From Marsupella aquatica (taxonomy: Eukaryota > Plantae > Marchantiophyta), in assembly GCA_973895155.1 (NCBI GenBank), contig OZ316899.1, positions 13,581,934-13,645,933 on the forward strand: a stretch of DNA of 64,000 nucleotides, given 5' to 3'. Both the position numbers and the translations under genes were made by a program. Shown piece by piece: positions 27,094-38,100 of the stretch; position 1 is the first letter of the stretch, and every line of letters starts with the position of its first letter. The notes beneath the pieces were generated by a model, which did not search any database, was not told the origin of the DNA, and saw only the letters and a list, made by a program, of their open reading frames with translations.

Positions 27094-28401
27094 TTAACAG
27101 CGGAAGTGTGCCACAGCCCACACTGCTGCCAAACACTCTCCCTCATAAGAGCTATACTTAGCCTCTGCTAAATTGTTTGATCTACTGGCATATGCCACAA
27201 CAAACTCATGTCCTTCATCATCTTTCTGAGTCAGCACTGCTCCAAGTCCTACTCCACTCCAATCAGTGTGTAGCTGAAATGGTCTCCCTGAAATGGGTCT
27301 TCTCAAAATAGGGGATGATGCCAATCTTTCTTTCAACTCCTGAAAGGCATGCTCCTGATCATCACCCCAAATCCATTCCTGATCCAACTTAGTGAGTATG
27401 GTCAAAGGTTTAGCAAGCTGGCTAAATCCTTTAACATACCTCCTATAGTAGCTCGCCAATCCCAAGAATGCACGAACTCTACTCACATCAGTAGGACGAG
27501 GAATCTGTGTAATGGCCTCCACTTTAGTCTGTTGTACACCCAATCCCCCTGGGTATATAGTGTGGCCCAAATACTCAATCTGTTCTTGGAAGAACTTACA
27601 CTTGCCGGGATGGAGCTTCAATCCATGTTCCCTCAATCTCTCAAACACAATCTGCAAGTGTCGTTGATGTTCTTCCACAGTAGAAGAATAAACCAAAATA
27701 TCATCAATATAACATCTGACAAAATCCAGACCTGCAAGGATTCGATCCATGACTCTCTGGAACTCAGCTGGTGCATTCTTCAACCCAAATGGTAAGAACA
27801 ACCACTGATACAAACGATCCTTGCCATAAGAATCAATTCCCCAGAATGCTGTCTTGGACCTGTCAGAATGTCTGATTGGAAGCTGATGGTACCCTGCCCT
27901 CAGATCCAATGAACTAAAAACCTTTGCATGCCCCACTGCATCAAAGATCTCCTCAGGTGTGGGCATGGCATATCGATCAGATTTTGTCTGACGATTAATA
28001 GGTCGGTAATCACCACACATACGTCTATCCGTGTAATTACCATGCACATCCTTCTTGGCTGGCATCACTGTGGCAGATGCATACTCCCCGTATGAGATCT
28101 CCACCAAACCAGCCTCCAACAAATCCTGAGTTCTGCTCTGAATCAGAGCTCTTTCCATGTCACTATAATGATATGGTCTATGAAAGATTGGCGCATCACT
28201 AGCCAATTCAATCTGAATACCAGGGCCCTTCAATGTCCCCAAATCCTTCATGCTGAATGCAAAACAATTCCAGTAACTCTTCAAGAATCGATGCATGCGA
28301 CGTCTCTCCTCCCCAGTCAACTTAGGACCAATCTGTGGCTCCCAACTCTCCACCAGATCCCTAATATCTTTTTGTAGGGTAGAAGAGATAGCCGATGATT
28401 G
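27094..28401 (-). CDS. Reverse transcriptase and RNase H (Gypsy)
   Basis: RMCGDYR, LDLRAGYHQ, LPFGLKNAP, YIDD, TDWS, YASRS; same frame as neighbours; TAA at 27094 sits where Tyr is expected. Confidence 0.95.
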   Translation of the reverse strand, partial: QSSAISSTLQKDIRDLVESWEPQIGPKLTGEERRRMHRFLKSYWNCFAFSMKDLGTLKGPGIQIELASDAPIFHRPYHYSDMERALIQSRTQDLLEAGLVEISYGEYASATVMPAKKDVHGNYTDRRMCGDYRPINRQTKSDRYAMPTPEEIFDAVGHAKVFSSLDLRAGYHQLPIRHSDRSKTAFWGIDSYGKDRLYQWLFLPFGLKNAPAEFQRVMDRILAGLDFVRCYIDDILVYSSTVEEHQRHLQIVFERLREHGLKLHPGKCKFFQEQIEYLGHTIYPGGLGVQQTKVEAITQIPRPTDVSRVRAFLGLASYYRRYVKGFSQLAKPLTILTKLDQEWIWGDDQEHAFQELKERLASSPILRRPISGRPFQLHTDWSGVGLGAVLTQKDDEGHEFVVAYASRSNNLAEAKYSSYEGECLAAVWAVAHFRC

Positions 28402-29540
28402 CTATTTAGCAGTAGATTGAACAGTCCCTTCTTGCTCAACAATCTGTCCAGCCTTGGCCAATCTTGCCATAGGTCCATGGACTGCCTGCTCGCCCCCAGC
28501 TGTGGTCATCACTGTCTCAGTGGACCGCAAGCTCACTAATGGACGATCAGTAACACCAGCAGAGCGCATCCGCAACTGTTCAGCTACTCCCAAGCTGATA
28601 ATCCAAGTCAAGCAATTCAAATCCATGGCTTGACCAAGGACTTGGCGGCGAGAACTCTCTGACACTGAGGCAACTGCAGTAGTGCCTGTCAAAAATCCCA
28701 TAGCACGCTCTCTTTCATCAGCAGTAGGCTCCACTAATTGCTGTAGCGTTGTATCCCATACAAGTCCAGGCCCACCTGCTCTAAATGCATATGAAGCAGA
28801 ATGGCTCACAAAAGTGGGTAATGCACAACGCGGACGACCAACTACATTGACCACTGCCAATGGAGATCTGTCAGACTGGGTCACATGTTGTGCACAACGC
28901 CCTGGATCCAAAATATCATCCACCACCAAGGATGCTGAGCGAGGAATGCTATCAAATGCTCGCTTCAACACTTCACAAGGTAACAAATTAGTCCACCACA
29001 AGCGTGGACGATGTGCACGAGAACCCACACGTGCAGCATCCAATAATACAGCAGGTCCAATCCAAGATCTGACCTGATGTACACTAGCAACAAGTCGATG
29101 ACGCTCATCACCCAATAGTGGCACATTCTCCAAAATGTAGGCAGGGGAATGTGTTTGGTGTAACTGGAGATGACGCAATACCCGTAACATCTCCCAAAAC
29201 AATGCAGAGCGTGGATCATGAAGTCCATGTCCAACTCCAGCTCTTGATTGGCCTTGACATGGCCAACCAGCAATCACCAAATCAATGGGGCCAACGCGAT
29301 CCAAATGATCCGCCCCCAGCAATGAAATATTAGCCGGCAATGCATGCTGATAGCCACGAACAGCATCCACTGGCAACAACTGTGGATAACGGTCTACCAA
29401 CATAGCCACATGACGCAATGAGACTCTCCGTGTTGTCTCATCTGTCTCCACATACAAGTATCAACGCACAGGAATTCCTGCCTGAAGAATAGCAGCCAAT
29501 CCAGTGCTAATTCCACCAAATAGATCGAGCAAACAAATAC
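28402..29540 (-). CDS. C5 cytosine DNA methyltransferase domain, DNMT3-like
   Basis: Motif I LLDLFGGISTG; IV GWPCQGQSRAG; VI ENV; VIII AHRPRLWWTN; IX ERERAMGF; X LGQAM; one nonsense TGA at 29461. Confidence 0.92.
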
Positions 29541-30615
29541 CCTCTGGTGGATACTGCCATGCAATAGGAGTGGTATCCAATGGTGAAAGAGTCACTGGTC
29601 CACCTGTAGGAGATTGCTCTGCTCCTGACTGTGGTGTAAAAGCATGACGCCATGCATCATGTACCAATTGTGCTGCCCTCTGCGGCAAGGCTTGTGCAGT
29701 ACCCCATACTGGTGGCACAACACTAGTTGGATTGGGATCATCCCAATCCAGGTTGCTCCTTCGCACCATTTGCTCCTCATGTGACTCCTCCACTGATGGA
29801 ACATCTGCTGCATGTGCATTACCCTCCATCAAATCATCAGGACCAGTGATCACACCACTGAAGGGTGCCAAAGACAATAGTGTGGGTTTAGGGCCTCCCA
29901 TAGGTCCACTAAATCGCACTGGCAACCTGCTCAATCGAGCATCTCCTGACTGCCAATCAGGTCTGTATGATACTGATTCATCCCAAAAATCAAGAATAAA
30001 TCCCATGGGGTACAACACTGTACATCCCACCAACACGTCATAGGACTCGGCCTTAGTCAAAATAGCTCGCGCCTGTATGTGGGAGCTATCCTTGGTATGA
30101 CCCTCCTGAATCCTCAATTCAAGTGGTCGTCTGGTGATGTGCTGTGTGGGTGTAGGTCCCCCCAATGAAGTCTGAATAGGAAAGGGACACTCGTCCAGAT
30201 CATCTGGACGCAATGCCAATCCTCGTACCGCAGACTTACCCAACATCAAGGGCTGAGCACCAGTATCCAGTAACACTCTCTCTGGCTGGTATATGGCTCC
30301 AGTAGGCCCAACTAATCGAAAGATACCGCTCCGATTATCCAATGACACCACGCTAGGTTTAAACCTAGTCCTCTCAAATGCAGGGCGTGCTGGCAAATCC
30401 ATCAACTTTGCCGCTGTTGCATGCCATGTCTCGCTAGTAGTCGTAGGTGGCATGGTCTTCACAACTTCAACACTGCAAGCTGCTTTTGCATGGGAAGCAA
30501 CAACTGGAGTGTCCTCACAGAGTGTAGCTGCCAATCTGAACACTTCTGCAGGACCAACTCCCAAGTTCAGCATGTCTGTAGCTGAAAATAATGGGGTGCG
30601 CACTATGGTTGTAGC
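29541..30615 (-). CDS. Aspartic protease region and linker
   Basis: VLLDTGAQ catalytic motif; YDVLVG. Confidence 0.85.
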
Positions 30616-32236
30616 CGCCCCCCCCCAGCAAGGTACCTGTCATCCCTGCTGCATCACTACCTGATTCTGCCAACTTACCCACGCTAGGGTTTGTCCGAAT
30701 CGGGTTCATAGAGGCAGTCTGAACTGTCTCTGACAATGTAAAAGACTGAGGAAGCTTTGTCTGACGACGTGCATCCCCCCTCTGTGGATCTAGGTCCACT
30801 ACTGCTCCTCGGGGCTCAAGAGCTTTTGCTGCCCCACGCGTCAAAGCTGTTGATGCATCAATGTGTGCAGTGCCACACATGAATCCCATGGTGGCAAGAT
30901 CTCCATCAACCCCATAAGATGTGGAAGCTCCATAGGATGTAGAAGCCCCATCACCAGAAGTAGGTCTCACCTGAGAACTAGCCATAGCAGCTAGTTGTTG
31001 CTCCAATTGAGCAATCTTAGCATCCTTAGGATCTGTGGTCATAGCAGGAGCAACATCACCTCCCTGCCTTGCTACATGTGGCATACCTCTGCCACGACCA
31101 CCACCTCTACCTCCTCTTCCCTGATCATGTGTGTGTTGTCCTCCTCTCCGTAACTCGGGATGGAGTGAGAAACACCTATCCTTGGTGTGTCCAGGAGCTC
31201 CACAATGATCACACTGCCGCTGATCAGGTGCTGAGGCCCCTCCTGACCCTCTAGGATCAGGGCAATACCGCTGCGCATGATCCCCACCACAGGTCCAACA
31301 TCCTGATTGCTGTCCAGCATAGGAAGGCACAGGTCTCTGACTGGTAGACTCTCGTGCAATAGGCTTCTCCCTCTGGCTCTTCCGTGCAACAGGCTGTGGT
31401 GTGGATGTAGATGCAGCCTTGGGTGCTTCCTTGGCAAATCCGGAAGTCACCACCTTCTCATTCACCATATTGAGCTCAATTCGCTCAGAAAGTGTAAAAA
31501 CGACTGCCAATGTGGGATCTGCATCCCTAAGCAGAGTGACATCTCTCACTCTACGTCGCAATTCTCTATCCAGAATTGCATACCAAAACTGGACTGCTTG
31601 AGCCTCTGTCACTCCCTTGGTGACAGTGATCAATCTGCGCATACGAGTGTATGCCTCACGTAGACTCTCTCCAGTCTTGCGCTGAAACTCCTGGAGACCC
31701 TTCAACTTATCAGTCCTCACACCCTGATAGTTCTGCTTCAATACCTCAAAAAACTCTACCACAGGGTTAAATGTTGGCGCAGCTCCAATCCCTGTCACAA
31801 TCACACCGGTAGGAGTAGCGATGGATGTTGATGGAGTGGTACTGGTAGATGGTGTGCCACTCTGGCTAGTGCTACTAGAAGAAGCAACGGCTGTAGCAAT
31901 GGGTTGGGCAGTCGCTCTAGTGCCATAGGTGATGGACACATAATTAGGCGACCAATGCTGCCTCCATGCCTCAATCTCAACCAAATGAGCCTTTCGAAAC
32001 TCATGGTAATCATCCATGGGTGGCCCCTCCAAATGCTGAAATAATCCCTTCCATGCCATGAAAGGGGTAAACAGCGTGGCATTACGCAATGACTGCATGT
32101 CGCACCACGTATCAAACTCCTGGATGAAGTCATCCAGATCAATCGTGCCAACTGCACCAGAGTATCGTCGTGGCCCTTTGTAGCCCCGTACATCTCTTCC
32201 ATATCCCACAACAAAGGTGCAATCACCCGATGACAA
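30616..32236 (-). CDS. Gag with two zinc knuckles
   Basis: QRKTGESLREAYTR; CWTCGGDHAQRYC; CDHCGAPGHTKDRC; true start codon uncertain. Confidence 0.88.
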
Positions 32237-32636
32237 GGAGAACTGGTCACAGAGTCCTCGTCAGAATCACTATCTAAAGCTGCACTTGCAACTGCTATCA
32301 ATGTCGTTGGCCGAAACGGCACCCCACTTCGAGTGAAACCGGCCCTTTGTCCCTCGGACAGTTCCGTAGCACCCGAAGAATCCGTGATGACAAATCTGCC
32401 CTAAATCATCACCATCACCTTCATAATAGGCTTCACAATGCCCCAAGGTTGTAGCTAAGAATCCATGCAAAATTAATCCAATCTATGCATCTAGATGGAT
32501 TCAGAAGTATCAAAAGCCTCTAAGTAGCTTCTGATTTGGCCCAAAACAGGTCTCTAGACAAACTAATAAGTGTATAAAGCCCCCTGGCCCTTTAATTTAG
32601 ACAACAAGTTGTGAAAACTTGTGTGTACACTACATG

Positions 32637-32696
32637 CCATAAGAACTCCATGGTTAAGCACGCGCAAGAGGAATAGCTTTGGGATGGGTGACCTCC
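32637..32696 (+). promoter_or_regulatory. 5S rRNA-derived internal control region (A box to C box), antisense to the element
   Basis: CCATAAGAACTCCATGGTTAAGC...GGATGGGTGACCTCC compared with plant 5S CCATCAGAACTCCGCAGTTAAGC...GGATGGGTGACCTCC. Confidence 0.8.
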
Positions 32697-32948
32697 CCCC
32701 TTGGAGTTATGCACCAACTTAGGCACTCCAAACCAACCAATTGTCAACTACTCCTCATGTACCAACAAGCTACCTTGCGGCCCGCTCCGGTTTGGCTCCT
32801 GTTCCGTCCTCACGCCCCTCGTCACGAGTCGCCTTGAAACGCCGAGATGAGCCTAAGGGAGCCCTTCACACCCGCCACACTTCGCTATGTCGGGGTGAAC
32901 CTCCAATTCAAATCCATTCAATAGTCATCCGGACGCCCGGTCCACAAG

Positions 32949-33391
32949 TTGGAGTGGGATGATCCCAGTCCAAGTCCTTCACGTCCTCTACACAGGTGAA
33001 GTCGCCAAGATACAGTTGGATTGGGTTGATCCTAATCCAAATCCACTTCAAGGTCCAGATGAGGTCTTTGGATACGCCAACTTTCAGTTGGATTGGGATC
33101 ATCCCAATCCAAGTTCACCTTCGCCCAAAATCAAGTCTCCAACGTTGTCAATGTACAGTTGGATTGGGATGATCCCAGTCCAACTTCAACTTCAAGTCCA
33201 AATGGGGTCCGAAGTTACCAATGTATAGTTGGATTGGGATGATCCTAGTCCAAATCCAACTTCGAGTCAAAATGCGGTCTCAAGAGACAACCCACAATTG
33301 GACTCGGATGATCCCAATCCAAATCCAACTTTGAGTCAAAATGAAGTCTCAAGAGACAACCCACAATTGGACTCGGATGATCCCAGTCCAA
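32949..33391. repeat. Array of seven 25-bp palindromes with 42-47-bp spacers
   Basis: Consensus TTGGATTGGGAT-N-ATCCCAATCCAA starting at 32949, 33016, 33088, 33159, 33229, 33298 and 33367. Confidence 0.93.
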
Positions 33392-34049
33392 AACAAGGCG
33401 CGCCACAAAACACGCCGCAATTCTCGGACCAAAACACTGTTCAACAATATTGTCGTTTTCCTTGTGCCCTAGGTCGCCGCCGCACCTCATCGCAACGCGA
33501 ACTCCATCGTGACGCCAACAACGCAATTCACCAACATTTGATTGTCACTTTCTTCGTAAAAGTGTACTATCCATCAACGAATCTCAAATCCGCAATAGCC
33601 TTTGCGATGCTGCAACACAATCGATAAGGACTAGAACTCCAAAAACACAATGTAGCAACTACCACTTGAGGCGCCTTCTGATCTTTGATCAGTCCCTCAT
33701 TGCCATAGCTTTGAGAAGCTCCAAATGTCAATCCGGTAATCAACTCCAGAGAGAACTTCAATGAACAAACTATCAGAGAGCTTCAAACAGCACCACGCTG
33801 TACTCTCAGAGCAATCAATAGCTCACAATCTCCAATCTACCAACGGCTGATCTGACTTGAGCTACCACAAGTCAACCAGCAAGATCCCAACAATCCAAGC
33901 TACCATGGATCAACTCTGCAATACAGCAAGCTTCGAAACAGCTTCGAATCAACCTGCAGTGATCTTTCAATGTAATCTTTTCTGGATGAAATCGAACAAC
34001 GATCAGTGCTAATCCAACAACGATCCCGTCCGACACGATCACACATATA

Positions 34050-34302
34050 TGTCAAGCCCAACGCACCTTGTGCTTCAAGGAATCCACGTTACTTGCACAC
34101 AACCTGATCAGCCACACCATAGCCACCAAGCTCATGCTCAAAGGCTCAACATTGAAAGATGAGGCCTTTGAGCCAACACAAGGGGATAACTATCCCTCAC
34201 ACCAACTCAAACTAAACACAAAGTGCTCATATAGCACACATACAAAACCTCTATATCCTAGATAGTACGATATACTTTACTACCACTCTAAATGGTGTGA
34301 CA
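34050..34302 (-). repeat. 5' terminal repeat A' (34060-34302) plus a 10-bp GGGCTTGACA extension
   Basis: 242/243 identical to 24722-24964; no TGG-type tRNA primer-binding site follows. Confidence 0.93.
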
Positions 34303-35140
34303 AAGTTGAGTGTTATGATATCTGTTGCTTGATCAATTTAAGTCAAATAGGGTGAACTGTTGAGCAAAGTACAATCGCATTGTCTTTATTGGAGACTGTC
34401 CAATCAAACTCTAAGAGAAAAGTGAGGATTGAGAGTGTTTAGTCAGTGAAGTGTGGGTTGAGTTAGTCTAAAAAAGACCTTCAGCCGGTTTAAGAAATTA
34501 AGCCGTAGAGGTACATTCCGGGGGCAGAATACAAATATACCTAAAGAAGTTAAAGAGGAATTAGGTGTCTCAGTTGTGCACAATTCACAAGCCCAGTGAA
34601 AGAATCGGTCCGGCAAGTGTGGATCAAAGGAGAGGATCACATTTCCAAGCCAAATAGCTGCCATACGGCAAGAGGACGGACATAAACGAGTGGTTTATGA
34701 TTGGTTGCGGGTAGTTCTTGGGGTTAGAGGTCTTGGATAACGCGCCACACTTCTTTAAGCAAACAACCCCAAAACTTTCCTGCCTGATTCACCGTGGTCA
34801 TTCCACCAATAGAAAATGAGCTTACGCAATCTTCCTACCCACCACCTTCAATCGACTGACAATCGCTCCCCCTCACAAGGTCGAGACAACATACATGAAA
34901 ATGCATGATTTGACAGAGTATCGGTTCCCTCCCTTGCAAAGCCGCCACTTAGTGGCTTGCGTGATCTGGCATGGATTAGGTCAGAACCCTAATCCTGCTT
35001 GCTGTCGTTCGTTGATTTTATATGACCACCTTCAACTCCCCTAGCCCATTGTAATCAGCTTTGGAGTTGTTATTGCTACCTTACTTACCATATAATATAT
35101 GCATAATACTATTTGCCGACTATTTTAGGCTTAACTAATA

Positions 35141-38100
35141 CTAAATGATTCTTGGCAAGGCATCACATAGCTCCCCACTGAATTGTGAAGCGTCCTCACG
35201 AACATCTTCAAACTCATACATGTAGTATTTTTTAAGCCTATCATAATGTACTCTTATAGGATAAATCTTGCCCGTGATATTGGCTAATTGAACTGACCCA
35301 TTAGAGAACATCATTTCTACCTTGTAAGGTCCTAACCAACGAGTGTAAAGCTTCCCAGGGAACTTTAGATATCCATTGTCATAAAGTAACACAAGATCTC
35401 CAGTCTGAATACAGATTGGCCTTAACTTCTTATCGTATCGATGCTTCATCAGCTCCTGACGATACTTCAGTCTCTCTGATGCTATCAATCTGGCTTCCTC
35501 CAATGCTTCTAGTTGGTACAACCTTGCTTTCCTACTCTTGGCCTCATTTAGACGTTCTTGTATGGTAACAGAATAAGTGGGAACCTCCAATTTGATTGGC
35601 ACCAAAGCCTCTTGCCCAAATGTTAGGAAATAAGGTGTATGTCCCGTTGTTGTTTTGTAGGCTAAGTTGTAAGCAAAAATAGCAACGTATAGCTTGTCAT
35701 CCCAATCATCCTTGTGATCCGACACCGTCTTGTTTAGTATTTTACCAATGATTCCATTCACACGTTTGGTAAGTCCATTGGCCTTTGGATGGTAGGGAGT
35801 TGTAGGCCAATGCCGAACCAAGTATTGCTCATTAAGCCGCTCGACAACATTATTCAAAAAATGAGTCCCCCGGTCGCTGACCAGTTCTAGAGGCGCCCCA
35901 TACCGAGTGAAGATTTGCTTGTATAAAAACTGAGTTGTTGTAACTGCATCATCCTTCATGGTTGGCCTAGCTTCTACCCACTTAGTCGCATAATCCGTGG
36001 CCAAGATGATGTATTTATTTATCCAAGGATATAGTTTTGGCTTCAGAGGCCCAATGTAATCAATACCCCATTTTTCAAATGCGGCAAGGGGTAAAATTGG
36101 ATGCAATGGATGTCTGCTGGCAGCCCTTGGTCCCCCCGCCCTTTGGCAAGGATCACATTCCTTAATGAATTGATGGACATCCTTGTGCAAAGTCGGCCAC
36201 CAGTAACCGGCATCCAATATCTTTTGTGTGGTAACTACTGGTGCAAAATGGCCTCTGGCCTCCTCTCCGTGCATTGCTTCCATTACCTTTCGGGCATCAT
36301 CTCTCTCCAAACATCGTTGGAGACTACCATCCGCTCCCATCATGTGCAACACTCCTTTAATGGCCTGGTAACGTGTTGCCTTCCGCAAGAACACCGCCTT
36401 TTGTTCTCTGGTCCATGCCCTATTCAATCGTGTTGTACTCAAAAATCCTAATATCTCTAGGTACCAGGTATTCAAAGCCTCAACCTGAAATAACTCCTCA
36501 TCCAGAAATTGGTCGTCAATGCAATCCGATGCCGGATCACCGGGTACCCTAGAGAAGAAATCTGCATTCACGTGTAACTTCCCAGGTTTAATTATTGATT
36601 TGTAATTGAATTCGTGCAACAGAAGTATCCATCGAGCCACTTGTCCTGTAAGATCCGGCTTGTTCACTAGGTACGTCAAACTTTCATGATCTGTATGAAA
36701 GATCACATGGTAACCTAATAAATAATATCAAAACTTCTTAGAAGAGTAAATGACCCCCAACGCCTCCCTCTTAGTGGTCGAGTAGTTCTGCTTGGCTATG
36801 GCTAACTGTCTGCTTGCAAAATAGATGGCACCTTCCCCTTATCATCTAACTGACTTAGAACGGAACTGATTCAAAATCCTGATACATCCACAAATACATG
36901 GAAATCCTTGTTCCAATCAGGTGCCATCATGACGGGTGCTTCTACCAATTTTTGCTTCAACTACACCACGGCCGTAACTCGTTCAGGTGTTGATTCAAAA
37001 TCTGAACCCGTTTTGAGCATGTTGGTTAGCGAAAGCGCTAGTTTGGCAAAATCCTGGATAAACCTTCGATAGTAACCAATACAACCTAAGAAAGATCCGA
37101 CATCTTTTATATTCTTGGGTTGCATGATATCCAACCAAACTGCCAATTTTCCCTTGTCAATTTTGATACCCTTCTTGGACACCTTGTGACCAAGCAGGAC
37201 CCCCTCAGTTACTCCAAAAAAAAATTATCCGGATGTAGCTTTAGTCCCACTTGTCTGCATCTTTCAAAGGTTTTGCGTAAGTATTTGGCATATCTGGACG
37301 CCTTCCCAAGCACAGCAAAATCATCTATGAATATCTCCAGAAATTTCCTCAGGTAGTCATGAAATATGTTAACCATCAACCTTTGGAACATAGCTGGTGC
37401 ATTACATAATCCAAAAGGCATCCGGTTGAACACATAGATTCCCCACTCGGTAACAAAAGTAGTTTTGATCTGATCCTCTTGCCTAATTCTGATTTGATTA
37501 TATCCAGAGTAGCCATCCATGAAATAATACAACTCATGGCTAGCTACAGTGTCTAACACCATATCAATAAAAGGTAAAGGAAAATGAATGATCCTTTAAA
37601 GTGACATCGTTTAACTTCCTGTAATCCTGGCAAACCCTGATCTTCAGTTTGCCATCAGGCCCCGCCTTCTTGGTACAATGACAATAGGAGATACCCAATC
37701 CAAATGTAGAACTGGAGTAATGACGCCGGCCTCCACCAACTTATCGATTTCTACTTTTACCAACAATGAGTACTTTGGGTTCATCCTCCTCATTGGTTGC
37801 CAAAATGATTTGGCTCCCAACATAAGATCAATCCGATGCTCTCCCAACTTTGGGTCCACTCCTTGTAAATCAAGGTGACTCCAAGAAAAAACATCCTGGT
37901 ATTCCGTAAGTAATTCACTGATTTCCTTCTCAACTTTTGGAGCAAGGTCCCTACCTAGATTCACCTCCCGTCCTTCAGCCAACCTTAGCTTCCTGTACAT
38001 ATTGCTGTGATTGAATCATGTTGATTTGCTTTTTAAGGTTTGGATCTAAGTCAGCTTCCAACCTAGCCACCTCATTCCTCCATACACCAGAATTTCCGGC

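Larger units (their letters stand above)
24586..34302 (-). mobile_element. Near full-length Ty3/Gypsy retrotransposon encoding a C5 DNA methyltransferase and a PHD finger, with split direct repeats
   Basis: TGTCA...TGACA ends; flanks AAGC and AAGT; empty-site homologue near 18664; domain order gag-PR-DNMT-RT-RH-INT-PHD. Confidence 0.93.
22387..34747 (+). mobile_element. Second family Y copy in opposite orientation, 5'-truncated and internally deleted; its LTR hosts the DNMT-Gypsy element
   Basis: Integrase tail CDALPRITK*; spacer matches the reverse complement of 34750-35170; ORFs 22716-24092; LTR 24146..34747 is interrupted. Confidence 0.7.

Noticed and set aside
27094-27096. TAA as a regulatory stop
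   Set aside because: Sits where RNase H normally has Tyr (HFRCYL); treated as a nonsense mutation
29461-29463. TGA readthrough within the DNMT
   Set aside because: No readthrough context and copy 2 has a sense codon; likely a CGA-to-TGA mutation
30618-30626. Programmed gag-pol frameshift at the G9 run
   Set aside because: Copy 2 has G5 and stays in frame (VLGAA), so this is a homopolymer slip or sequencing error
32637-32696. Functional 5S rRNA gene
   Set aside because: Only the internal ~60 nt match; the 5' and 3' ends of 5S are absent
32949-33391. True CRISPR array
   Set aside because: Eukaryotic retroelement context, no cas genes, degenerate repeats and mutually related spacers
24586-34302. 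DIRS/Ngaro classification
   Set aside because: It has an aspartic protease and a DDE integrase, no tyrosine recombinase ORF, and a C5-type methyltransferase
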